Source: a virus. Taken from it: a stretch of 64,000 bases of DNA. The notes under the pieces were generated by a model, which was given only the letters and a program-made list of their open reading frames with translations, was not told the origin of the DNA and did not search any database. This document shows, in pieces, positions 20,253 to 28,705 of the stretch. The number at the start of each line of letters is the position of its first letter. Position 1 is the stretch's first letter. The position numbers and the translations under genes are program-made. Location: positions 1 to 64,000 of IMG/VR virus record IMGVR_UViG_3300046167_000924; one strand, given 5' to 3'.

Positions 20253-20774
20253 ATGCGAAAATTATACTTTTTAGTATTTTTATTTCATCAAGTTACCTGC
20301 CTAGGTTATAGCGTTCAAGATTTTCTCTGCGGGTGCGATTACTGCAACACAATAAATCCATCTCAGCCGCTCAGCATAGCAACTCACCACATGAATTGTG
20401 AATCTTTCAAAAAGAATAAAATCATGAAAAAATTAATAGAAGCGCAGGATCAAAAAAACATAATGCAATCCTCGCAACCTGAGTCGATTAAATCAATATC
20501 CTTGCACGATCAACTTACTAAATCGCAGCGAGAGAAACGTAATCTAGAAAAAAAAATACAAGAGAAAGATAACTTCATATCTATGCTACAAGAAAGCTCC
20601 AGATCTTTTATTAATGGCTGGATATATGAGCCAGAACATTTTAATTGGATATATGTCTCAAAAAGCTTTGCTCCGTATATTTACTCAGAAGAATTGGGTT
20701 GGATTTTTATTAAAAAAGAATACTATTATGTATACAGTAAACTACAATGGAAAAAAATACCAAAAGTAGAGTAG
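20253..20774 (+). CDS. Secreted protein with Cys/His cluster, coiled coil and W-rich C-terminal domain
   Basis: Hydrophobic N-terminus; CGCDYC..HHMNC; GWIY..WIY..PYIYSEELGWIF resembles the C-terminal domain of Opitutae surface proteins (recalled). Confidence 0.55.
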   Translation: MRKLYFLVFLFHQVTCLGYSVQDFLCGCDYCNTINPSQPLSIATHHMNCESFKKNKIMKKLIEAQDQKNIMQSSQPESIKSISLHDQLTKSQREKRNLEKKIQEKDNFISMLQESSRSFINGWIYEPEHFNWIYVSKSFAPYIYSEELGWIFIKKEYYYVYSKLQWKKIPKVE

Positions 20775-20788
20775 TGTATAATATTATT

Positions 20789-22522
20789 ATGAAAAATAAA
20801 ACATCAAAAAAAATATCCTTACTCAGTTTAATCCTAGGATACTTAAGTTCAGCGTTATTTATAGCGTTAATAATTTTCAACATAAAACTCGATAAATCAA
20901 AAGGTCAACAAGTTTTGGCAGAACCAATAAAAGATATTGTTGAGAAAAATTCAACAAAGATTATATATATCGATAGGTTTGTTGATGGCAAAACAGATAC
21001 TCCATTAAAAATCTGGAATGACCCAAGTTTAATTAATCTACCTTATGGTAAAGTTGATTCTTTCATAAGCGACGGCGGTTATAAAACTGCGCGTGTCGAT
21101 AATGATTATAGCCACCCCCGCTTAGAGCGCAATGCTCGAGACAGTGAACTTGGAGGTATTGCAAGTTACAAGAAAGGGAAAAGAGGGGTTCATAGAAGTC
21201 GAGGTGGTACAGTAATTGATGATAATATAGATACTGGTTTATTAGATCGCAGGTTAGCCTTCATTGACCATGATAAAGAATTAGTCACTATTGAGGACAA
21301 TGATCTAATATCCCGGTTGAGGCAAGAAGATATCGGACTTAACCAAGGAGGTAATAATCGAATCAATGTTGGAAGTTTCGTGCCCGATGCTCGCCGTGGA
21401 GATTTCGATAATGAAGAATTAGGGGCAGTTGGTAATTTTGATAAAAATGGTGCTGGATTCGGTAAAGGCACAACGCCTGGAGTTGGACAAGGCTCAGAAG
21501 TCTACGCCTACAATTTTCCTTCACAGGGCGTTGGAGCTGGAATAGGCAGCCCAGCAGTTGGCGCCGCCGCAGGTTTTGCGGGGTTGAGTGCGGGAATTGG
21601 CCAATCAGTCATAAACGGACAGGCTGTGCCAGCTCTTGGAGGCGTAGGGTCTTACATAGCGAGCCAATCACCAAAAACTAGTGAACTAACACCTACATTT
21701 ACTTCGGGAGCCACTAGTGGAGCGGCAGGCTTAATTGGCGGAGCTGGAGCTGGCGCAGCGGCGGGGCTAAAATCAGGCCGAGCACAACTCCCATTAAAGC
21801 TTGGTTCGGGAGTAGGAGTTGGCTACGGAGGAGGGCGTGGCGATTTTGATTTTCAACATTTGCCTAAAGACGGAGCTTTGCACATTATGATTCACGTAGA
21901 CGGAAGCGGAAGCATACTGAAAACAAGAGGCCATTTAGAAGTAATGAAAAACACATTACTAAAAACTGCCTTACTACCATACTATAACAACGATGAGTCT
22001 CTTTATTCCAAAAGAGTTACTATTGTAGATGGGGCTGGAGAGAGAACTTTAAAGTTTTTTTCTAAGGCTGCAGAAAAAGATAATGTGTTAGCTTTTGTTT
22101 TTCAAGATGAAGCTCAACCAGCTTATCACTTACCAAACTTCAACAAAAAACCAGAAGAAGTATATAAAGAAGACTTGGGCGCACTAAAATCAGAACTAGA
22201 AAAATATAAAGGGCTGTACAGAGGGGTTATGTTTCAAGTTGGCGAAAAGGTTTTCTCAAAGTCTTTTAAGCAGTTTGTGGAGAACGCTTGGCAAGGTCAA
22301 GGATACTTAAAAGATTTAAACTTAAAAAAATACCACTGGCAAGACAACACATCCAACATTAAAAACAAAAAAGGCGTAGTTTTTATCGATGAATATAATA
22401 CAAAAATCAACGGAACTCCTCAGTATTATCTTGATTTAATTTTCAAAGCGAGCAAAAAAGCGGGGATTGACCTAAGCGAGTATAAAGCGGGACTTACAGA
22501 CGGAGAAGATGTAAGAAAGTAA
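20789..22522 (+). CDS. Membrane-anchored Gly-rich protein with C-terminal vWA-like domain
   Basis: N-terminal TM, Gly/Ala-rich centre, IMIHVDGSGS (MIDAS DxSxS-like); start set at ATG 20789, 8 nt after GTGTATA. Confidence 0.55.
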   Translation: MKNKTSKKISLLSLILGYLSSALFIALIIFNIKLDKSKGQQVLAEPIKDIVEKNSTKIIYIDRFVDGKTDTPLKIWNDPSLINLPYGKVDSFISDGGYKTARVDNDYSHPRLERNARDSELGGIASYKKGKRGVHRSRGGTVIDDNIDTGLLDRRLAFIDHDKELVTIEDNDLISRLRQEDIGLNQGGNNRINVGSFVPDARRGDFDNEELGAVGNFDKNGAGFGKGTTPGVGQGSEVYAYNFPSQGVGAGIGSPAVGAAAGFAGLSAGIGQSVINGQAVPALGGVGSYIASQSPKTSELTPTFTSGATSGAAGLIGGAGAGAAAGLKSGRAQLPLKLGSGVGVGYGGGRGDFDFQHLPKDGALHIMIHVDGSGSILKTRGHLEVMKNTLLKTALLPYYNNDESLYSKRVTIVDGAGERTLKFFSKAAEKDNVLAFVFQDEAQPAYHLPNFNKKPEEVYKEDLGALKSELEKYKGLYRGVMFQVGEKVFSKSFKQFVENAWQGQGYLKDLNLKKYHWQDNTSNIKNKKGVVFIDEYNTKINGTPQYYLDLIFKASKKAGIDLSEYKAGLTDGEDVRK

Positions 22523-22545
22523 CGGTGGAGGTGTAACATATTGTT

Positions 22546-24795
22546 ATGAAAATTATTGTTTTATTAGTTTTATCGTCCTTGTTGTCTTTTGGGGATGTTT
22601 TGTATTTTAACGATGGAAATAGCGTTAGGGGAGAAATAGTAGAGTCAAATAGCACACATGTTATGTTAAAAAGGGATCACGACTTGCAGCTTTTTCGAGT
22701 ACCTCTTGAGTTGCTAACTAAAGACCACAGAGCTTATGTAAAAAATAATTTTCCACCGAAACTTGAATATCTACCTAAATTTAAAAAACCTCTCTCCGAA
22801 AAGAGTTTAATTTTAAATGCAAGATACATAGACCAACTAGTCGAAAATAAATTAAGATCTTACAGCCAAAGACCAAATAAGGAAATAGACGACTCTACAT
22901 TTCTAAGAAGAGCTTATTTAAAAATAGCAGGTAGAACACCCTCGCATGCAGAATCCAAGCTCTTTCTCGAGGATCGCGGCAAAAATAAGAGAACAAATCT
23001 CATAGACGACCTATTGGCTAGTAATGGATATAATAGTCATTGGTTTAACTTTTGGGCAGATATATTAAGATTAAAAGACAGGTTAAGTAATAGAATATCA
23101 GGAATTCCATATAAAAATTATGTCAAGGAATTTGTATCTCAAAATAGGCCATACGACGAATGGGTAAGGGAAATGCTTTCTTCTTCTGGCCCCATATGGG
23201 AGAAAGGTAGCGAAGGAGTAGGTTACTTTGCGAGGGACGCAGGCATGCCTTTAGATAACATGGCAAACACTGTCCGGATCTTTCTTGGTACAAGTTTAGA
23301 GTGCGCGCAGTGTCACGACCACCCATTTGACAGATGGACGCAAAAAGAATTTTATGAAATGGCTGCATTTACTAGCGGGTCAACAAATTTAAGAAGAAAA
23401 GGCGTGGATAATCTCAACGAATTTAATAAACTAGTTAGAGAAGAACAGAAAAGGCTTGAAGAAGCTGGAGAGCCTCAAAAAGTACCTCAAATTAGAAACG
23501 CATCAAGGTCAATACAAGATATACTTCAGGCGGGGCTAGATCAGCCAGGATCAGGAAAAATCAACTTACCTAAAGATTATCAGTACGACAACGCAAAACC
23601 AAACGATTCTCTTTCAGGAAAAACGCTTTTTGGCAACGCCATAGAACTGAAATCAAAAAATACTGGCTCAAGGAAATTGTACGCAAACTGGCTAGCGTCA
23701 GAAACAAACCCAAGATTTACATCTGTAATTGTTAACAGATTATGGAAAGAAGTTTTTGGGTTAGCTCTAATTGAACCAATAGATAATATGTTTGACGAAA
23801 CAATGGCGACAGACCCAGTGCTACAATTGCATTTAGAAAAAATTATGGTCGCATTAAACTACGATATAAAAGAGTTTTTAAGAATACTTTATAATACAAA
23901 AACCTTTCAAAGACAATCCGTTTCTCGAGATATTGTACCCAGAGACGGAAAAGACACCATTATGCCAGTGGATGTCGAATGGGTTATTGCTGGACCAAAT
24001 GTTGAAAAACAATCTTTTAATGCAGTTCCATTCTTCTATCAGGGCCCTATTTTGCAAAGAATGAGCGGCGAGCAACTATGGGATTCGCTGGTCTCTTTAA
24101 ATTTTAAGGATATAGACTCTCGAAGACTTCAGCCAAAAAATTCAGGCTATCAGGATTTTGAGAGGTTTTCTAGTATGACAGGAGAAGAACTACTTGAAGA
24201 ATTGTTGTCTCGAATAAATAAGACAGAAAAGCCCAAGGCCAATAAAAAATTTGGAGATCCAATTAATATAGACTGCCCAATCAAACCTGGTCGAGCTATT
24301 GACCCAACTTTATTAGCGCTGAACGAAAACGGAGAAACTCTTGCATTCTGTTGCAAATCTTGCGTAGAAAAATTTAATTCTCAGAAAAAACAGCAATATA
24401 AGAATAATTTCGTAAAAGATAGAAACTCCGTTCGAGCATCAGAATTAAGCTCTCCAGCGCCCGTAGGTCATATAGTTAGAGAATTTGGAGGTTCAGATCG
24501 CGAACAAATTGAAAACTCAAATACAGACCCATCAACAACTCAAGTTCTTAATTTAATTAATGGTTTTGTTGAAACAAAAGTTATAAACAATAAAAACTCA
24601 GAGATAGTAAAATTAATAAAACAACAAAAAACATTAGATGATAAAATAAAAGTTGGCTTTAAGTCTATTTTAAATAGAAAACCTTCTATAGCAGAGTTAA
24701 AATTATTCAAAGACGCATTAATAAATAAAGAAGATATATACAAAGAAATAATATGGTCTTTAGTAAATTCACATGAATACATTTTTATAAAATAA
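22546..24795 (+). CDS. DUF1549/DUF1553 (PSCyt2/PSD1) protein with CxxCH motif and YHS-like insert
   Basis: IDQLV..DDSTFLRRAYLKIAGRTP, FLGTSLECAQCHDHPFDRWTQKEFYEMAAF, NPRFTSVIVNRLWKEVFG, REFGGSDRE, TQVLNLING, WSLVNSHEY; DCPI..FCCKSC insert. Confidence 0.9.
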   Translation: MKIIVLLVLSSLLSFGDVLYFNDGNSVRGEIVESNSTHVMLKRDHDLQLFRVPLELLTKDHRAYVKNNFPPKLEYLPKFKKPLSEKSLILNARYIDQLVENKLRSYSQRPNKEIDDSTFLRRAYLKIAGRTPSHAESKLFLEDRGKNKRTNLIDDLLASNGYNSHWFNFWADILRLKDRLSNRISGIPYKNYVKEFVSQNRPYDEWVREMLSSSGPIWEKGSEGVGYFARDAGMPLDNMANTVRIFLGTSLECAQCHDHPFDRWTQKEFYEMAAFTSGSTNLRRKGVDNLNEFNKLVREEQKRLEEAGEPQKVPQIRNASRSIQDILQAGLDQPGSGKINLPKDYQYDNAKPNDSLSGKTLFGNAIELKSKNTGSRKLYANWLASETNPRFTSVIVNRLWKEVFGLALIEPIDNMFDETMATDPVLQLHLEKIMVALNYDIKEFLRILYNTKTFQRQSVSRDIVPRDGKDTIMPVDVEWVIAGPNVEKQSFNAVPFFYQGPILQRMSGEQLWDSLVSLNFKDIDSRRLQPKNSGYQDFERFSSMTGEELLEELLSRINKTEKPKANKKFGDPINIDCPIKPGRAIDPTLLALNENGETLAFCCKSCVEKFNSQKKQQYKNNFVKDRNSVRASELSSPAPVGHIVREFGGSDREQIENSNTDPSTTQVLNLINGFVETKVINNKNSEIVKLIKQQKTLDDKIKVGFKSILNRKPSIAELKLFKDALINKEDIYKEIIWSLVNSHEYIFIK

Positions 24796-24810
24796 ATAAA
24801 AGGAAAATAT

Positions 24811-26109
24811 ATGAAAACAAATTTTAATAATATAGATGAATTAGGAAGAAGAGAGTTTATTGCACACGCCGCAAAGGCTTGCTTTGGGGTTGGCTTGATG
24901 CCTATGGCTGGCGCTTATATACATAACAATGTTCAAGCTCTAGAAGCTGGAGCTAGGGTAGCCACAGCTAGACACGTAATTTATTTAAACATGGCGGGAG
25001 CTATGTCCCATTTAGACACTTTTGGAACAAAGCCAGATTGCCCTGACATTCAAGGGCCAACTAAATCTATCGCCACGAGTGCCGACGGCATATTACTTTC
25101 AGAGTATTTACCCAAGACCGCACAATTAATGGATCGCGCTTCAATTATCAAAACAATGGTAACAAGTCAAGGCGCGCACGAGCAAGCTAGCTACCTTATG
25201 CACACAAGCTATCTAAAAAGAGGGACAATTGTTCATCCCACTTTCGGAAGTTGGGTGTCTAAACTTTCTGGTTCAATTAACGAAACAATCCCCTCTAATA
25301 TCAAAATTGGAGGAGGAGGATTAGGCGCTGGATTTTTAGAATCTAAATATGGCCCACTATCAATAAATAATCCAAAATCAGGCTTAGCCAATAGTAAACT
25401 GGCAGGATATTTAGATAAAGAACATTTTCAAGGAAGAATATCATTAATAGAAAAGTTAAATACTAATTTCTCTACAGAATTTCCACAAAAACAAATAAGA
25501 GCATATTCAGACTTATACAAAGACGCAATTAAATTAATGAACAGTCAAGATTTAAAAGCTTTCGATATATCTAAAGAGCCAGAAAATATACGCGAGCAAT
25601 ATGGACTCTCAAATTTTGGACAGGGATGTTTGCTTGCTAGAAGATTAGTTGAAAATGGAGTTCGGTATGTTGAAGTAACTAGAGGAGGATGGGATACTCA
25701 CGATAATAACTTTGAAAGAGTTGGCGAAAATTGTGCAGATATAGATGGGGCTTTGAGCGCTTTATTAATTGATCTTGAAATGAGGGGACTACTAAGTGAA
25801 ACGCTAGTTGTCTTAACTTCTGAATTCGGAAGAACTCCCAATATTAATGGCAGAGAAGGTAGAGATCACTGGCCGTACTGTTTTACTGCTTTTATGGCAG
25901 GAGGAGGAGTAAAAGGAGGATTTTCTTATGGAGAAACAGACGATCAAGGTAGATCCCCAAAGGAAGGAAAACCTGTTAAGCCAGAAGACTTAAACGCAAC
26001 AATAGCATACGCATTAGGATTAAAAATTAATGATGTACAGTATTCTCCCTCTGGAAGGCCATTCACGATTGCAAATAAAGGAAAACCTTTGTTTGATGTT
26101 TTGGGGTAA
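24811..26109 (+). CDS. DUF1501 protein with Tat signal
   Basis: GRREFI twin-arginine signal; ARHVIYLNMAGAMSHLDTF, FGQGCLLARRLVENGVRYVEV..GGWDTH, SEFGRTP, GRDHWP motifs. Confidence 0.92.
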   Translation: MKTNFNNIDELGRREFIAHAAKACFGVGLMPMAGAYIHNNVQALEAGARVATARHVIYLNMAGAMSHLDTFGTKPDCPDIQGPTKSIATSADGILLSEYLPKTAQLMDRASIIKTMVTSQGAHEQASYLMHTSYLKRGTIVHPTFGSWVSKLSGSINETIPSNIKIGGGGLGAGFLESKYGPLSINNPKSGLANSKLAGYLDKEHFQGRISLIEKLNTNFSTEFPQKQIRAYSDLYKDAIKLMNSQDLKAFDISKEPENIREQYGLSNFGQGCLLARRLVENGVRYVEVTRGGWDTHDNNFERVGENCADIDGALSALLIDLEMRGLLSETLVVLTSEFGRTPNINGREGRDHWPYCFTAFMAGGGVKGGFSYGETDDQGRSPKEGKPVKPEDLNATIAYALGLKINDVQYSPSGRPFTIANKGKPLFDVLG

Positions 26110-26110
26110 T

Positions 26111-26134
26111 AAAAAAGCCCCACTTGGGGGCTTT
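26111..26134. terminator. Probable bidirectional terminator between converging genes
   Basis: AAAAAAGCCCC-ACTT-GGGGGCTTT. Confidence 0.7.
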
Positions 26135-26195
26135 AGTAATAAATGATGCGTTAAATTATAAATTAATATAATGACAGCTTAAACTTATTACTTGT

Positions 26196-27209
26196 TTAAA
26201 AATCATCCTCAAGAGAACCGCTTTGTTGATACTCCCTAACCCTTCTTTCAAAGAAGTTGCCCATAGCTTGTACATCGACAACTTCGCTCAACCAAGGGAA
26301 AGGGTTTTTATCGCTAGGAAAGCGATAGTCAAGACCTATACCTTCAAGCCTTCTATTTCCTATGAAGTGCATATACTCGACAAACATATCTGCATTTAAA
26401 CCTAAAATTCCCGTAGGTAATACATCATGAGCGTAAGCTATTTCTAGCTCTACAGCTTTTTTCATATGTTCTACGAATTCGTTCTGAATTTCTTGAGTCC
26501 AAATTTCTGGGTTTTGTTCAATTAATGTGTTAATTAGATATGTGCCAAATGCAATATGAGAACTTTCATCTCTTAATGTATATTTAATTTGATCAGAAAT
26601 TCCCTGTAATTTGTTTTGTCTGCCCAGGGCAAGCAACATAGCGAAACCGCTAAAGAAAAATGTGCCTTCGCAAACAATCCAATAAGTTAAGAAATTTCTT
26701 AAAATTTCTTGTTTGCCTTCGATAGAATTAGCGTCAAAGTCTTGCCTGCTAATATCGTTTGTAATTTGCATAAGAAAATCATCCTTGGCTTTGATACTAG
26801 GAATTGTATCGTATGCCGCAAACACCTCTTCGATATCGAGGTCTAAACTGTCACAAATATATACTACCGTAAGATTGTGAAGACTTTCTTCAAACGCTTG
26901 CCGCAAGATATACTGACGACATTCAGCGTCCGTAACATAGCGAAAGGCAGACAACAAAAGATTATTACCAACCAAAGACTCAGATCCAGCAAAAAATCCA
27001 AGACAGCGTTTAACAAGTAATTTTTCATCTTCTGTAATTTCATTGTTTTTCCATTGTTTAATGTCGTTCTGCATACTGATTTCAGTAGGCATCCAGTTAT
27101 TGGCACAACTTTTTAAAAATAAATCCCATGCATATTTATGCTTATGAGGTAAGATCCTATTGACTCCAGCAATATTCTCTGTTAATAATTTTCCTGTTTT
27201 TTCTTCCAT
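26196..27209 (-). CDS. nrdB: Ribonucleotide reductase class Ia beta subunit
   Basis: W.P.EI.M..D, E..H..T, EGTFFFSGF, RDESSH, NFFE motifs. Confidence 0.93.
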   Translation of the reverse strand: MEEKTGKLLTENIAGVNRILPHKHKYAWDLFLKSCANNWMPTEISMQNDIKQWKNNEITEDEKLLVKRCLGFFAGSESLVGNNLLLSAFRYVTDAECRQYILRQAFEESLHNLTVVYICDSLDLDIEEVFAAYDTIPSIKAKDDFLMQITNDISRQDFDANSIEGKQEILRNFLTYWIVCEGTFFFSGFAMLLALGRQNKLQGISDQIKYTLRDESSHIAFGTYLINTLIEQNPEIWTQEIQNEFVEHMKKAVELEIAYAHDVLPTGILGLNADMFVEYMHFIGNRRLEGIGLDYRFPSDKNPFPWLSEVVDVQAMGNFFERRVREYQQSGSLEDDF

Positions 27210-27300
27210 GATATAATATAACGTATTAAATGAATTTTAAGTTCACTTAGTATACGATATATATACTAAAAAATCAAGAACAAAATCAAGAACTATTACT

Positions 27301-28356
27301 TTACCCCCAAATCTCAGATAATAAAAAGAGAAATCCGCCAATTATTGCCGCAGCTACGACTTTAAATGCGTTACTTTTCCTGCTTTTTGGTTCTGGCTCA
27401 GGTTCTGGCTCAGGTTCTGGCTCAGGTTCTGGCTCAGGTTCTGGCTCAGGTTCTGGCTCTGGCTCTGGCTCAGGTTCTGGCTCAGGTTCTGGCTCTGGCT
27501 CTGGCTCTGGCTCAGGTTCTGGCTCAGGTTCTTTTAGTTGAATCTCTAAATACATTGGTCCGATACCCCCTAAAACATGAGATGCAAATAAAGAATGTTG
27601 CATGTAAAAATACCCGTCATCCCCAAACCAAGTACCCCAACTGTTCTGAAATTCCCAATATAATTTAGCTCCAATATATTTCCAGCCTATCATAGCTACT
27701 GCGTGACCGCCAACAGACTCTGAATTTAAATATTTTCCTGTATCAACTATTCCATCAGAACGAACAGAATAAAAAGCTTCCCTAACTCTAAATGCACACC
27801 ATAAAGGCTGATTCATTAACATACCTTTTATTTGGTTAATTTGGTTTACAGGAATAACCTTATAAGATTTAATTTTTTTTGAATCAGCGTCTTCTTTAGC
27901 GCCTTCTTTTGGCAAAGAAGATTCGTCTGCGACGTAAGGCCAAAACCTTTCAAAACAGCAACCTTCTTTTTGTACAGCTTTCGCTGCGCCCCTTATAGTT
28001 GTTCCTGAATAATCTTCTCCAGCAAAAACGTCATGCTCTTTGCCTTTTTTATATATCCACATTGGACTAGATTCTTGCACTTGAAATAATTCAGAAGAGC
28101 TCAATAAAACCCTCCCACTATGACCCACGCAAGAACCTATTGACCCTTGATCTAAAACTTTTGGAGTTAAATCTCTTCTTGAAAATTCTTTAAGTTCGGG
28201 AGATGTAAATTTTACACGCTCATGAAGCCAATCTCTTTCGTCGGGCTTGGATTCTGGGACACTAAGTATCTTTTTTGAAAAAATATCTTTTTTAATTTTG
28301 TCAGATATTTGATTATCTAAAAGTGTTTTCTTGATTGATTTTAAAATTCTACTCAT
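27301..28356 (-). CDS. Papain-like cysteine peptidase (C1A) with (EP)24 stalk and C-terminal membrane anchor
   Basis: [12 protein letters not shown] (Gln/Cys), [10 protein letters not shown] (His), FQNSWG (Asn); C-terminal [14 protein letters not shown]; start ATG 28356 after GTGTATA. Confidence 0.85.
   Translation of the reverse strand: MSRILKSIKKTLLDNQISDKIKKDIFSKKILSVPESKPDERDWLHERVKFTSPELKEFSRRDLTPKVLDQGSIGSCVGHSGRVLLSSSELFQVQESSPMWIYKKGKEHDVFAGEDYSGTTIRGAAKAVQKEGCCFERFWPYVADESSLPKEGAKEDADSKKIKSYKVIPVNQINQIKGMLMNQPLWCAFRVREAFYSVRSDGIVDTGKYLNSESVGGHAVAMIGWKYIGAKLYWEFQNSWGTWFGDDGYFYMQHSLFASHVLGGIGPMYLEIQLKEPEPEPEPEPEPEPEPEPEPEPEPEPEPEPEPEPEPEPEPEPEPEPEPKSRKSNAFKVVAAAIIGGFLFLLSEIWG
27388..27531 (-). 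repeat. 6-bp tandem repeat encoding (Glu-Pro)24
   Basis: 24 x GAR-CCW over 144 nt. Confidence 0.95.
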
Positions 28357-28435
28357 ATATATTATATACACTATAACAAAAAAAACCAGCTAACTATTAA
28401 ATTAACTGGCTTTAATTATGAATATAAATAAAAGA

Positions 28436-28705
28436 TTAACTTATATTATCTAATATACTTTGATATTTTTGTATATCTAATGCAACTCTGACTGACTCAT
28501 CAGCTTCCACATTTAAGGACAAATATTTTTTACCGCGACTAATTATTTCTTCCAGAGTTTTCGTATATGCATGTTCTGCATAACTTCTGTGTTTTTTATA
28601 GTTAAGGGATTCTACATTAGAGTTTATTTTATCTAAATCTTTACGAATTAGATTGCATCTCAAAATAGCTTCTTTAAAAGCTTTTAAATGTTGATGTCGG
28701 GTCAT
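28436..28705 (-). CDS. Hypothetical protein
   Basis: Start reassigned to ATG overlapping the nrdA stop (ATGA); MTRHQHLKAF... Confidence 0.55.
   Translation of the reverse strand: MTRHQHLKAFKEAILRCNLIRKDLDKINSNVESLNYKKHRSYAEHAYTKTLEEIISRGKKYLSLNVEADESVRVALDIQKYQSILDNIS

Noticed and set aside
22546-26109. Window as a bacterial chromosome or prophage flank because of the PVC-type genes
   Set aside because: These genes share the phage GTGTA motif, lie between phage genes, and no bacterial housekeeping operons or integrase are present.
27366-27668. ORF of (LAQV)n repeats on the + strand
   Set aside because: Antisense shadow of the (EP)24 repeat in the peptidase gene.
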